DNA of 64,000 nucleotides from Neoechinorhynchus agilis (GCA_051530055.1 CM121343.1:7504044-7568043); one strand, 5' to 3'; shown: positions 1 through 12,573, counted from the stretch's first letter. Program-made: numbers and translations. Notes: a model not told the origin generated them from the sequence alone.

Positions 1-1160
1 CTAAATGTGGATAGATGTGCAGTCTTTCCAGGTCATCGAGGTAGAGGATGGCCAATACCGGAGCCAAACTATTTCCCATTGCGAGACCACGAACTTGCTT
101 ATATAGCTGGTTTCGATAACGAAAAAGGTTGCACTTCAATACCAATCGTGTCAGACCAATAACATCGTCTGGTAGTAGACCAAAGAGGTCAAGATCTTCA
201 TTCTCCTTCAACCTTTTCTCCAGCGCACGTACTGCTCCCTCGTTGTCCACATTGGTGTACAATGCCACGAAATCAAAAGACATTACGCGACTGTTGGTCA
301 ATTCATTCTGTCGCGATCGCAACGTTGATAACAGCTCATCAGTATTACTCACAAATGCCCGTGTCCTCCGTAGCAATGGACCGATAGCCGAAGCCAGGAA
401 ACGAGAAACACGGTACGCTGGTCCATTAACCGCAGATATGATTGGTCTGCATTTCAGCAATGAGGCTGCTTGCGGTGTAACCGGACCAATAGGCATCTTG
501 TGTGTCTTGACCAATCCGTACATCACCGGCGTACGTAATGGACCGTGTGTGAAACTGCTCATCCCTTTCAACTCTCGAGCCGATATCACTTTTCGAAGAG
601 CAGCATTCAACTCCTTGCGCTGTTGCTCACATTCGTCTTTTGTCGCCATTGTATATGTATCAGTGTGACCCAATAACGTCCCCATCATCGCACTTTCCAC
701 GCTGCTTTCCATCGCCACGAGATCACCTGCATTATCGCTCACTGTTATCCTCATCTCCTTCTTTTGCACTTTCTCTTTCAGAGACCTCAGTGCTCGTCGT
801 TCACTCAACGGAAGATTCGGTTTCGAGCGGTAATCCATATAACGATCCGTCAAGTTTTCTATGCCCTCTCGCAACATCAACAATTTTCTCTCGGTGTGGT
901 CATCAGCTCTCGGTACTGCGAATACATTCCTTTCGAAATCAAAACGCGGTCGAGATCGCGAGACACACTCAGGTTCACAACTAGGCGGTGCATTAGCCTC
1001 TGCAGCAACCAGACGTTCCCCATCACGAACAGCTTTTACCCGTAGTTGGTACGCTAAGCGCGCGACGTCCACTTGCAATTGGAATACATCCTCTTTCCTC
1101 AGTGCATGTGTCGGTGCAAAGGACGGTCCACGTGAGAGAACCATACGTTCATGCGCCCAA
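1..1160 (-). mobile_element. Penelope-like retroelement, N-terminal region and RT (ORF runs off the window start)
   Basis: Manual minus-strand translation gives ERMVLSRGPSFAPT, NLPLSERRALRSLKEK..ITVSDNAGDLVAM, MYGLVKTHK..CRPIISAVNGP, VMSFDFVALYTNV and YKQVRGLAMGNSLAPVLAILYLDDLE, which are PLE-type RT motifs. The ORF track misses it because there is no stop inside the window. Confidence 0.9.
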
Positions 1161-1481
1161 GCTCCCTTATGTGAAGGATTCGATTTGTCCTCTTACTCTG
1201 TGAAGAACTATACGTTTCCAGCAAGCGCTCTTTGAGCTGGGCGTACTCTCCTGACTTTGGTGGTGATTCCAGAATGTCGAAAATCCTTATAGCAGTGTCT
1301 TGATCAAGTGAAGCAGTAACGTAGTGATATTTTGTTTCATCTGTTGAAATATTGAGCCTCAGCTTGGACAAACCAGATTCGTGGTTGTTGTGACTAAAAC
1401 CGTGGGAGCTTCAGAGAAACGGTATTCAAGTTGCTATTCGCTTCTACTGTCGAAATACGGTCGACAGCGTGGGGGTCACCA
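1161..1481 (-). mobile_element. Degraded Ty3/gypsy gag fragment with a tRNA-Trp-like primer-binding site
   Basis: VSLKLPRF*SQQPRIWFVQAEAQ is followed after a frameshift by KYHYVTASLDQDTAIRIFDIL..PP..Y..LKERLL..ELG (gag N-terminus). TGGTGACCCC at 1481-1472 is complementary to the 3' end of eukaryotic tRNA-Trp. Confidence 0.75.
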
Positions 1482-1613
1482 ATTGTTGTGGTAGCTGGCA
1501 TCAGTAGATATCGAAAAATCTACTGTCGCCGCACAAAAATGGTTTTTTATTCAACATAACACCGAAAACGTTAACATGAACCTTATGATGTCGTTAATGG
1601 TCACTACACTATG

Positions 1614-4600
1614 AAACCTTTTTCATTTCGGATTACATCGTCGCTGAAACAAGACATTTGAACATCGTTTTATTTGCATAATTCCATTAAAACAGTCAAA
1701 TCGCGAGTCCTCGACGTCATTTAAAAACATTCTATCAAAAATTTTTACATTTCGGATTACATCGTCGCTGAAACAAGACATTTTAACACCGTTTTGTTTG
1801 AATAAAAATATTCTATCAAACCTTTTTCATTTCGGATTACATCGTCGCTGAAAAAAAGACTTTTGAACATCGTTTTGTTTGAATAATTCTATTAAAGCAG
1901 TCAAATCGCGAGTCCTCGACATCATTTAAAAAAAATTCCATCAAACCTTTTTACATTTTGGATTACATCGTCGCTAAAAAACGACATTTGAACATCGTTT
2001 TGTTTGAATAAAGCAGTTCAATCGCGAGTCCTCGACATTATCTAAAAAAATATTCTATCAAACCTTTTTCATTTCGGATTACATCGTCGCTGAAAAAAAG
2101 ACTTTTGAACATCGTTTTGTTTGAATAATTCTATTAAAGCAGTCAAATCGCGAGTCCTCGACATCATTTAAAAAAAATTCCATCAAACCTTTTTACATTT
2201 TGGATTACATCGTCGCTAAAAAACGACATTTGAACATCGTTTTGTTTGAATAATTCTATTAAAGCAGTCAAATCGCGAGTACTCGACATTATTTAAAAAT
2301 ATTCTATCAAACCCTTTTTCATTTCGGATTGCATTGCCGCTGAAATGAGCCATTTGAACATCGTCTTGTTTGAATAATTCTATTAAAGCAGTCAAATCGC
2401 GAGTCCTCGACATTATTTAAAGATATTCTATCAAACCTTTTTACATTTCGGATTACATCGTCGCTGAAATGAGCCATTTGAACATCGTCTTGTTTGAATA
2501 ATTCTATTAAACAGTCAAATCGCGAGTCCTCGACATTATTTAAAGATATTCTATCAAACCTTTTTACATTTCGGATTACATCGTCGCTGAAATGAGCCAT
2601 TTGAACATCGTCTTGTTTGAATAATTCTATTAAAGCAGTCAAATCGCGAGTAATCGACATTATTTAAAGATATTCTATCAAACCCTTTTTCATTTCGGAT
2701 TGCATTTCCGCTGAAATGAGCCATTTGAACATCGTCTTGTTTGAATAATTCTATTAAAGCAGTCAAATCGCGAGTCCTCGACATTATTTAAAGATATTCT
2801 ATCAAACCTTTTTACATTTCGGATTACATCGTCGCTGAAATGAGCCATTTGAACATCGTCTTGTTTGAATAATTCTATTAAAGCAGTCAAATCGCGAGTA
2901 ATCGACATTATTAAGATATTCTATCAAACCCTTTTTTATTTCGGATTGCATTGCCGCTGAAATGAGCCATTTGAACATCGTCTTGTTTGAATAATTCTAT
3001 TAAAGCAGTCAAATCGCGAGTCCTCGACATTATTTAAAGATATTCTATCAAACCCTTTTTCATTTCGGATTGCATTGCCGCTGAAATGAGCCATTTGAAC
3101 ATCGTCTTGTTTGAATAATTCTATTAAAGCAGTCAAATCGTGAGTCCTCGACATTATTTAAAGATATTCTATCAAACCTTTTTACATTTCGGATTACATC
3201 GTCGCTGAAATGAGCCATTTGAACATCGTCTTGTTTGAATAATTCTATTAAAGCAGTCAAATCGCGAGTAATCGACATTATTTAAAGATATTCTATCAAA
3301 CCCTTTTTTATTTCGGATTGCATTTCCGCTGAAATGAGCCATTTGAACATCGTCTTGTTTGAATAATTCTATTAAAGCAGTCAAATCGTGAGCCCTCGAC
3401 ATTATTTAAAGATATTCTATCAAACCCTTTTTCATTTCGGATTGCATTGCCGCTGAAATGAGCCATTTGAACATCGTCTTGTTTGAATAATTCTATTAAA
3501 GCAGTCAAATCGCGAGTCCTCGACATTATTTAAAGATATTCTATCAAACCTTTTTACATTTCGGATTACATCGTCGCTGAAATGAGCCATTTGAACATCG
3601 TCTTGTTTGAATAATTCTATTAAAGCAGTCAAATCGTGAGTCCTCGACATTATTTAAAGATATTCTATCAAACCTTTTTACATTTCGGATTACATCGTCG
3701 CTGAAATGAGCCATTTGAACATCGTCTTGTTTGAATAATTCTATTAAAGCAGTCAAATCGCGAGTAATCGACATTATTTAAAGATATTCTATCAAACCCT
3801 TTTTCATTTCGGATTGCATTTCCGCTGAAATGAGCCATTTGAACATCGTCTTGTTTGAATAATTCTATTAAAGCAGTCAAATCGTGAGTCCTCGACATTA
3901 TTTAAAGATATTCTATCAAACCCTTTTTTATTTCGGATTGCATTGCCGCTGAAATGAGCCATTTGAACATCGTCTTGTTTGAATAATTCTATTAAAGCAG
4001 TCAAATCGTGAGTCCTCGACATTATTTAAAAAATATTCTATCAAACCCTTTTTTATTTCGGATTGCATTGCCGCTGAAATGAGCCATTTGAACATCGTCT
4101 TGTTTGAATAATTCTATTAAAGCAGTAAAATCGCGAGTCCTCGACATTATTTAAAGATATTCTATCAAACCCTTTTTCATTTCGGATTGCATTGCCGCTG
4201 AAATGAGCCATTTGAACATCGTCTTGTTTGAATAATTCTATTAAAGCAGTCAAATCGCGAGTCCTCGACATTATTTAAAGATATTCTATCAAACTTTTTC
4301 ATTGGATTGCATTGCCGCTGAAATGAGCCATTTGAACATCGTCTTGTTTGAATAATTCTATTAAAGCAGTCAAATCGTGAGTCCTCGACATTATTTAAAG
4401 ATATTCTATCAAACCTTTTTACATTTCGGATTACATCGTCGCTGAAATGAGCCATTTGAACATCGTCTTGTTTGAATAATTCTATTAAAGCAGTCAAATC
4501 GTGAGTCCTCGACATTATTTAAAGATATTCTATCAAACCCTTTTTTATTTCGGATTGCATTGCCGCTGAAATGAGCCATTTGAACATCGTCTTGTTTGAA

Positions 4601-5246
4601 TAATTCTATTAAAGCAGTCAAATCGCGAGTCCTCGACATTATTTAAAGATATTCTATCAAGCCTTTTTACATTTCGGATTGCATCGCCGCTGAAATAAGA
4701 CATTTTAACACCGTTTTGCTTTAATAATTGTATTAAAACAATCAAATCGCGAGTCCTCGACATCATTTAAAAAATATTCCATCAAACCTTTTTACATTTC
4801 GGATTACATCGTCGTTGAAATGATCCATTTGAACATCATTTTGTTTGAATAATTCTATTAAAACAATCAAATCGCGAGTCCTCGACATTTTTAAAAAAAT
4901 ATTCCATCGAACCTTTCTTCATTTCGGATTACATCGCCGCTGAAATAAGACATTTTAACATCGTCTTGTTTGAATAATTCTATTAAAGCAGTCAAATCGT
5001 GAGCCCTCGACATTATTTAAAGATATTCTATCAAACCCTTTTTCATTTCGGATTGCATTGCCGCTGAAATAAGACATTTTAACATCGTCTTGTTTGAATA
5101 ATTCTATTAAAGCAGTCAAATCGTGAGTCCTCGGCATTATTTAAAAAATAGTCTATCAAACCTTTTTACATTTCGGATTACATCTTTGAAAAAAAAATCT
5201 ATCAAACCTTTTTTCATTTCGGATTACATCGCCGCTGAAATAAGAC
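1614..5246. repeat. Tandem satellite, about 124-bp unit, about 29 copies
   Basis: Unit recurs every 124 bp with two main variants (cggattacatcgtcgctg and cggattgcattgccgctg). Edge copies are degenerate. Confidence 0.97.
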
Positions 5247-6520
5247 GTGAAGCTAAATCTTCATTCTGCATCAATGAGTATTCATTACCAGGAGTCGAAT
5301 ATTGAGCACTCAAAGTTTTCAGCCGGCGATTAATTTGAATACATGACCCAAATACTAAAATTAAAAATGCAGAAAATCCATCAAAACAATCGATGGAGTC
5401 GTAGTTTTTTTATTGCAAATACCAATGGGAATTTTTGAGGACTGGCCAGCCGGTAACTTTTATTTAGTATCAAAGTACGGCCTTGAATGAATTTCGATAT
5501 TTTTCAAAAGATATGAAAAAAATCTGGCTACCTACTAAGGCGCGCAATATAATCGACTACTGAGATCAATTTTGATCATTCAGAACTTCTTTGGGATGAG
5601 GCAGTCCCCGAAAAAAACATATTTTGAATTGATATATTTCGAAAGAGGCAAAGAATTTATTGATTTCGATATTTCGGCACCTTGATAAAGTCAAGAAAGG
5701 TGTGCTTCGCCGAATGGCATATAAGCAAACATGAATTTTGTTCAATCTTCAAACGAAAGCTTTATTAGACGTATAAAGAGGTTTTTGTTTGAGCCATTTC
5801 AATACAAATCAATAAAATCTTTTTTTTGATGATTGATGAGGCATTCTCTTTTGCAATATCTCAAAATTCGTTATTTGATTTGTTAATAATTGTTTCATCG
5901 CACAATCACGTTTTTTTGCACTGACCCCACGTGAACACCCGATCAGATCGTCCGAATCACACTGAAATTGCACAGAAATCACGACCGATATCCACGATGT
6001 CTGACGAATTGCGCAGCTGCGACTGTAATCGAATCGGAATGGGCGGCAATGGAGTTTACGTCGTCTATTACGAGAAGGTCTTTTGACATGTATTGAGGAC
6101 GGGTTTAAATAATTGCAGTCCTAGCAGTGACCACGAATGACTCCTTTGTCGAGGAATTGCATTTTCAGTACCATTTTCGTCTAGTTTTTCGGAAAAAAAC
6201 CCAATCTTGGTCATATCTATTTTTGCCATTGTAATTGGAATCCCCACGTGGAACGTCCGTATAAAAGACGAGATTAAGAGTCCCGTTACCAGAGTAAAAC
6301 TACGCGCTAAACTGCTAGCCTAATGCTGACGGATTATCTCGTAGGTTTCTCCATATCATAACCTCTTCCACAAAATGTATTCTGCAATTTACATAACCAG
6401 CGTATTTTTAAACGTTGATTACCATTTTGAACGAAAAAAAGGATTGTTTCTTAATTTTGAACTTTTCTATTTATTACACTTTCGGTGAGAATAATCCCGG
6501 TCATTACATATTTTATTTAT

Positions 6521-6558
6521 TCGAAATATTTCGCGAGGTATCCTCGCCTCTTCAGTCA
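6521..6558 (-). ncRNA. Candidate minimal hammerhead ribozyme (family A)
   Basis: ga-CTGAAGA-G-GCGAGG/ATA/CCTCGC-GAAA-TA-T-T-tc on the minus strand: both core motifs, a 6-bp stem II and a short stem I. Confidence 0.65.
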
Positions 6559-6627
6559 TTGCTTGTAAGTGTTTACGACGTTATGATTCGTGCAATGATT
6601 TTTAGAACGTTTTTCGGCTTTTTTTGC

Positions 6628-6739
6628 TTTAGGCACACAGCCAGCCGATATCTTTGAGCCCTCCCTTCAACGAGGTTGGTTCTAAGTGATTCAATCACTT
6701 CTCTGATCGAAGATATCGGTTTGGCTTTATATGCCTAAA
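6628..6739. mobile_element. Short foldback (MITE-like) element related to the one at 36850-37162
   Basis: Termini aggcacacagccagccgatatctt / aagatatcggtttggctttatatgcct are imperfect inverted repeats resembling the ggcacacagcccaccgat termini. Confidence 0.5.
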
Positions 6740-7519
6740 AAGTAAGCCGAGGAAGGGATGTTCTGAAAGCATTGAATCAAACATTGAAGGATTTCTGGAC
6801 TCACCCTCAAAATGGCACTGAAAATCCTTATAAGCAACATTCAACCATAAAGATGTTCTTTTAGTCCTCCGATTATAAATTGAAATCGATAGCATTTACG
6901 ACCCGGCCCGTGTTCTTGGGCAAAGATGGAATGCATTTCTATTTAACTACTTATTGAAAGAGTAGATACGTGATTTTGAACTTTAAATGGCAAAAAATCA
7001 AACCGCTAAAGTGATATTTTTATGGATCACTGATATCGATTGATTCGTGGGTTAAAAACTTGTGGAAGGTTCGTTGTTGATTGCGAAAATCCACCAAAAA
7101 CATTATGTAGATCGAAGACTTTAGATCATAGTCGAATCGACGGTATTACGAATTTTGACCAATCCTTCAAACTGGTTAAGCTTAGCTGTTGCACTCCAAA
7201 AAAATCATATCGGTTAAGTAGAAATTCGATATTTTTAAATCCGAAATCGATACATGTTCATTTCGCTTAAATTATGCAGTTTCACAAAAATCCCCCCCAA
7301 TGCCACACAAAAAAATGCTCCCGCTCCTACGTCATTTTTTACGTGTTACGCGCGACTTGATCGCGCTGCACGCACGCCGGCATGCAGAACGCGCACTTGC
7401 GGGTGAAGTGTACGCGTTTTTGGCTGTGGGGGCAACTCTACTTTCTGATTGGGGGGGGAGCCACCGTATTGACCGTTGCTTAGAAAAACTCTTTAGATTT
7501 TTGACGTCGGAAACGAACG

Positions 7520-9271
7520 ATGCATCGTCGTCTGCCATCTCTGAACACTTTGGAGTCAAGTGGTCAATCAACAAACCTGCTAATCAATGCTGCTCCTGCT
7601 CCTGCTAACGAATCAGCGCCACAACTACGAGTTTTAGCCCCCAAAAGTGCACGAAAGCGTCGTCGTGAAGAAGGCGATGAGAACGTGCCCAGACGGCCAA
7701 TCAGAGGACACCGTCGAATTGTTAAAGACGTTGTGGTTGCAATGAGTGATTGTGCGGCTAACTTAGTCGCTCACGTTCCTTCTGAGCTGAGTGACGATAT
7801 TCAGACACTGAATTGTTCATCGTGTCTTCAGTCAGAAGAAGTTAATGTCTCAAATGTGATGGATGCAAACCTCTACAAATGCTCCCGGTGCAAATTCGGA
7901 GCAGCTCGTCGATTAACTACGGCCGCTACTGCTGCTATAAACAAGCAATTGAGTCGAACGTATCTTCAAGGAGCTATGAGTGCACCGGCGGATAGAATCC
8001 CTCGGCTACAAGAGGTGGACTGCTGCTGTCGCTCTATAGTGCTCGACTGGATGTCGGACGTTTGTATGGCTCTACAGCTCACCGTTCAGACCTATTACCT
8101 CGCAGTGTGTTATTTTGACCGCATTTTGGTAATGTTTGCACAACCAAAATACATTAGAAGCAATCATATGCAGTCTATAGCTTGCGCTTGTCTATTCTTA
8201 GCTTGTAAGATTGAAGAAACTGACCGAGCACCAACTTCGGCTGACTTTTGCACCATTTCGGACAACGCGTGCACTCGTCAACATCTTAAACAAATCGAAT
8301 TGAAAATGGTCAGTTCACTCGATTGGAAACTTAGACCTATTACGGCTGACTGCTGTCTTCTCTATCTTTGCCAACTTAAGATCCACGAAGAAAAGGAAAT
8401 CCACCAGCAGCATGAACAACAACAACAACTTTGCGCATGCAATCAGTCACATTGCAAGCAGAGGAAAATTAGTGGACCAAAACGGGAGCCGCTGGCACCT
8501 TTAATTGGGACAACATCTTATTCTAATACAACACAGCAATTTCGACACCAACGGCCACCGAAACACGGTACAAATGCCGAAAAGTTCAATCAAACAGCTC
8601 GGTATTACTCGATGTGTACGCAACATCAATTCGATGCGTTCGTGTTCAATGAGGCAATTAAGATCATGAATCTCGCTATTATGGACATTGGTTGGATGTG
8701 TTTCAGCGGCATAGAAATCGCGGTTAGTGCCCTTACGCTCATTGGACACGAAGATGCGTTGGACTTAACCGAGCTGGACCATGACAGGGTCAACCAATGC
8801 GTCCAATGGCTTAGACCGTTCCATAAAACTTTAAAAGAAGAAGGATTTCTACGATCAGATGCTCAGAGAAGCCATAATGCAGCGAAACAATTGACGAGTA
8901 TACCTGAACGTTTTTTCCTGGTTCAGGTGGGCGCGCCCAGACTTTCAATCCTTAAACAAGTACAAAAAAGAGGAGATTACGAAAACGCTTCTTCAACAGT
9001 TATTGAACCAAACGGAAACGATTTGTGCTTACAGCAGCTGTCGAACTGTGGACCACGAACTGGTAGTCCTGTCGTTAATTGTCAGCTAGGCATTGAAAAA
9101 CAAGAGGGCGCAAAACCGTTCAACGCAGTGACTAACTTTAACACCAACAACGCTCCTTCAAATACCATCTTCGAACAACGGCTAATAGATCATCAATCCG
9201 AGGAAGATCCTAGTCTAAACGCAAATGATGCGCAGGAATCAATTCCAACTAAAAGAAGAAGGGCTAACTGA
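7520..9271 (+). CDS. CCNE: Cyclin E-like protein, 583 aa, no evident intron
   Basis: Cyclin box RSIVLDWMSDVC..LTVQTYYLAVCYFDR..MQSIACACLFLACKIEE..LKQIELKMVSSLDWKLRPIT. The second box includes IMNLAIMDIGWMCF..IAVSAL..CVQWLRPF, matching cyclin E LDLCVLD..LAASAL..CVKWMVPF. Confidence 0.8.
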   Translation: MHRRLPSLNTLESSGQSTNLLINAAPAPANESAPQLRVLAPKSARKRRREEGDENVPRRPIRGHRRIVKDVVVAMSDCAANLVAHVPSELSDDIQTLNCSSCLQSEEVNVSNVMDANLYKCSRCKFGAARRLTTAATAAINKQLSRTYLQGAMSAPADRIPRLQEVDCCCRSIVLDWMSDVCMALQLTVQTYYLAVCYFDRILVMFAQPKYIRSNHMQSIACACLFLACKIEETDRAPTSADFCTISDNACTRQHLKQIELKMVSSLDWKLRPITADCCLLYLCQLKIHEEKEIHQQHEQQQQLCACNQSHCKQRKISGPKREPLAPLIGTTSYSNTTQQFRHQRPPKHGTNAEKFNQTARYYSMCTQHQFDAFVFNEAIKIMNLAIMDIGWMCFSGIEIAVSALTLIGHEDALDLTELDHDRVNQCVQWLRPFHKTLKEEGFLRSDAQRSHNAAKQLTSIPERFFLVQVGAPRLSILKQVQKRGDYENASSTVIEPNGNDLCLQQLSNCGPRTGSPVVNCQLGIEKQEGAKPFNAVTNFNTNNAPSNTIFEQRLIDHQSEEDPSLNANDAQESIPTKRRRAN

Positions 9272-9504
9272 TAAAAAAGTGGGGTTGCAGTTTCTGCGAA
9301 TAAACATAAAATAAACTGCAACCATCCATTTGTGTGCTCATTTAGTGACATCTAATGATCGAATCATCAAAAGAATTTTTTTGGAATGATAGACATTTGT
9401 GGTGATCATTATCCCTCGCGGATAAAACATATTTTATTTAAATATTTTTCGAAAAAGTCACATCGGTCATCGTTTTTTAGAGGTTGTGATTTCCTATAAA
9501 AACA

Positions 9505-9542
9505 ATGACTGACGAGGTGGGCTTCCTCGCGAAATATTTCTA
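9505..9542 (+). ncRNA. Candidate minimal hammerhead ribozyme (family A, imperfect stem II)
   Basis: ga-CTGACGA-G-GTGGG/CTT/CCTCGC-GAAA-TA-T-T-tc. Confidence 0.5.
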
Positions 9543-10486
9543 TAAAATATCATCGGGAGAAAATCCTTTGGGATGATAGAGGTGTGGTGATCATTACCTC
9601 GTGGATAAAACATATTTTATTTAAATATTTTGCGAAAAAGCCACATTGGTCACCTAAAAAAGTTTTGCTTGTTTTTATAATCCTGGAAACCCGAGCCACA
9701 CAATAAAAAAACAACTAAAACCTTTCAGATGAAAGATGAGGCGAAGCTTTGAAATATTTTCTATCCGGAATTATGATCATCACATCAATTTTAAAAGCAA
9801 ACGCCCTATATACTCATATTTAGAGAACAAAATTTTATTTTTAAATTCGAAAGATTTAGATTCGATCTTAAGCTTCGCTTGATCTAACAATTGAACCAAT
9901 ATAACTTAAGTGATCATGACTACCAATTAATAACAAATTTTCTAATCAAGGAACATTCTTTTTCCAAAAAAGTATCAAAATTCTAAACGGCGTGTTCTCA
10001 ATGTTAAAGAAAGTCATGGTTTTTGAGGACCGTAATGAATATCTCCTGGTTGATTTGTGGTATTCCGACGGTGCACGTGGACGAATTTCATTTAGAAGTT
10101 GTCCAGGGCAATTCATCGAAAAAAACGGCATCAGTGAATAAACAACGAATAACAATTTAATGTGTTCATGTACAACGTAAGTCTGAAGATGACGTCGTTC
10201 AAGAGTCCGAATTATAACGGAAACTGGAGAAGGCGACCTTTAGATGAAGCATCTAACATTTAAGAATTGAAATCAGTAATTAGGTGAAAAAAATTTGGCG
10301 CAAAGGGCCATTTCGGTTTATTTTACACTGCATTTCGACGGATATTCCGGACATGGTCAATCTTTTTATGGTTTTCTTCCGCGGCCATGATCGTCATCAA
10401 GAGGAGATATTTCCTAGCAGACGAACTCACTTTATGCGTAAAACTAAGAACAGTTGCTATCACGCATTCAAAGTGCGTAGGTTTTT

Positions 10487-12004
10487 TCACCAATCGTCAA
10501 CTGAGGAAGGAATTGACCTTGACCTATAGGCAAGCATATAGGCGGAGTGCCAATCGCCTCCTCCGGCCAATTCATCGATATCTTTATCAGATATAGGAGT
10601 AACCATTTCGTCATCGTATTGGTACCAACATGGCATGCTACCCGATTTGGATCGATTAAGATACGTAACGTAATGACCAGTTGAAGAAGAGCGTCCTTTG
10701 TGAGTGACGACTCCGACGAGTTCATACATTGCGTTATTATTTGAGCCAGGATCATTTGGAAAGCAAGGATCAGTCATCGGTACTTGGGCGTCATGCAGAA
10801 ATTTCACTTTGTCCTCGTCGTATCTTATCACCTTTGCGCGGTTATCTCGGATCTTTTCGAGCAATTGAGGCTCGCAAAGCGTGGATACGTCCAGTTTGTG
10901 TGGAAATTTGACCTCTTTTAGTATTTTGGAGTTTTTTCCTAGACTTTCTTTGTAGAAAAACCTCATGAAAACTATTATTAGGTATTGTGGAAGTCGAGTT
11001 ATTCTAACTGTGCGGTGAAACCTTCTAGTGCCACCATTGCCATCGATCGAGTCAACACTCATTTGAACATGTTCGTCCAGTTTGCTTTTGATTCCGTCCA
11101 TCATGTACTTGATGTCCCTCGTAATGTAACAACTTAAATTGAACACTAAATCGTCGGAAATTCGTTGTTCGGGTTGCGACGATTCCTCTGATGCGTCCCT
11201 TGGTCTTGTAAGGGTGCACAGTGTTCTTATACCAAAATACTTGATGACCAAATCGGTATTGGCCGGACTGTGGTAGAGGCTGAACATATTAAGTAAGCAC
11301 TGCATGCACTCATTAAGTCATGGACTCACTGTGTTCGCTTAGAAGCTGCTGATGTGAGTCCATGTCCTAGCGTCCTGTTGTTTATATGGACCACCGGGTG
11401 AATGCCCTCCAAATTGTGGGAACCTCTGAAGGAAAACGGGAAACGTATACGAGACTCTCATTGTAGTATCCATACCCCGCTCAGCCAATCTAATCAATGA
11501 GGATATTCCTGTAATCAAAGGAATCGAGGCGTCCTTGGATTCCTCTTGCTGAGGAGGAGGAGGAGGAGGTATAAACCCAGGGGCCGTGATCTCGCGCACG
11601 AATCCACGAGCCGCACGAAGAAGTTGAATAGCCGAATTAAAGTAGCACGTATTGCCCAAGTTTTTTATCCCACCTCCTGACTGATTGATAAGACCCGATT
11701 TCCATTTTACGATTTTGCCCATTTTAGTCCGAGGGAGAACCACTGATGTAGTAGATATTGGAAATTTCGGAAGATCACCCGTAGATCCGATCATCCTGAA
11801 CGTCATCCCGTCCTTGAACTCCATGTCTTTCCACATTTTATCGTCCAATATTTGGCCTGAATAGATCAACTTTTGGCGATCGGGAAGCACATTCGTGAGC
11901 GAGAACACCTTTGCCTTAAAGTCATATAGATTTTCCTCCGTACAGAGGACAATACAATGATGTGTTTGATCAGTCCATTTGACACTCACTTTATACTCAG
12001 GCAT
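10487..12004 (-). CDS. USP14: Ubiquitin-specific protease 14 (Ubp6), interrupted by a 54-nt insert at 11315-11368
   Basis: N-terminal UBL (MPEYKVSVKW..VLPDRQKL), Cys box GIKNLGNTCYFNS, QQDA|NEC, MRFFYKES..KILKEVKFP, His box VVTHKGRSSSTGHY, and GGGDWHSAY. Confidence 0.95.
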
Positions 12005-12573
12005 AACCCTAATAAAAGTTTTACAGCAAATTAAAAAAACCCTATGCAAACACCAATTCTATCCGCCCTATGCCATTCAACAAACCAATATGACTTCTTT
12101 CGCATAAAAATTATCCAGTCAGTTACGTCAGCGATGTGTGACGCAACACACCAATCATCGGTTGTGCATACGTCATCGAAAAAAGTTTAAAAAAATCACA
12201 AAATATACATTTCACGAGAACATGGCAACTAGCAAAAAAACTCACAAGAAACCTGAAGTCAGACAAGAGACGGACAAAATATTGAGAATAAAATATATCA
12301 ATTTCTTCTCTAATCACCAAACCGATTAAATGAGTCAATTTTGCGCAAATAATCCTTATGGCGTTTAAAAAATTATTGGATCCGGGGTTTCGGAATTTGT
12401 TGGGAGTTCATGGTATAGTTTTTTTAATGATGTACTTTTAAAATGCATCAATGCTCTTAGCGTCCAAGGCTCACTCAGACAAGTGTATCTTTTGATTTCT
12501 ATATCTGAGATAAAATCCTTCGGAATAATAGAGATGTAGTGATCAAGCCTCATCAATCATCTAAAAAAATTTA

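Noticed and set aside
129-1235. Plus-strand ORFs 129-668, 640-984, 764-1045 and 861-1235
   Set aside because: Antisense shadows of the PLE ORF.
2300-4700. Hammerhead-like GCGACGA-T-G..C-GAAATGTA in the 124-bp unit (minus strand)
   Set aside because: C3 and U4 are both wrong, stem II is 1 bp and stem I does not pair.
2216-5137. Repeated MSRTRDLTALIELFKQDD ORFs
   Set aside because: By-products of a 124-bp satellite (unit not divisible by 3); short and frame-shifting.
1614-5246. CRISPR-like array interpretation of the tandem repeats (also 15.5-19, 51.7-52.2 and 57.8-59.8 kb)
   Set aside because: No unique spacers and no cas genes; eukaryotic context.
5925-5975. Partial resemblance to the 5' half of 5S rRNA (ccacgtgaacacccgatcagatcgtccgaatcac)
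   Set aside because: Needs several gaps; no box C or 3' half.
11314-11369. Stop-codon reassignment as the explanation for ORF breaks
   Set aside because: Breaks involve frameshifts and extra non-homologous sequence, and genes end normally at TAA and TGA.
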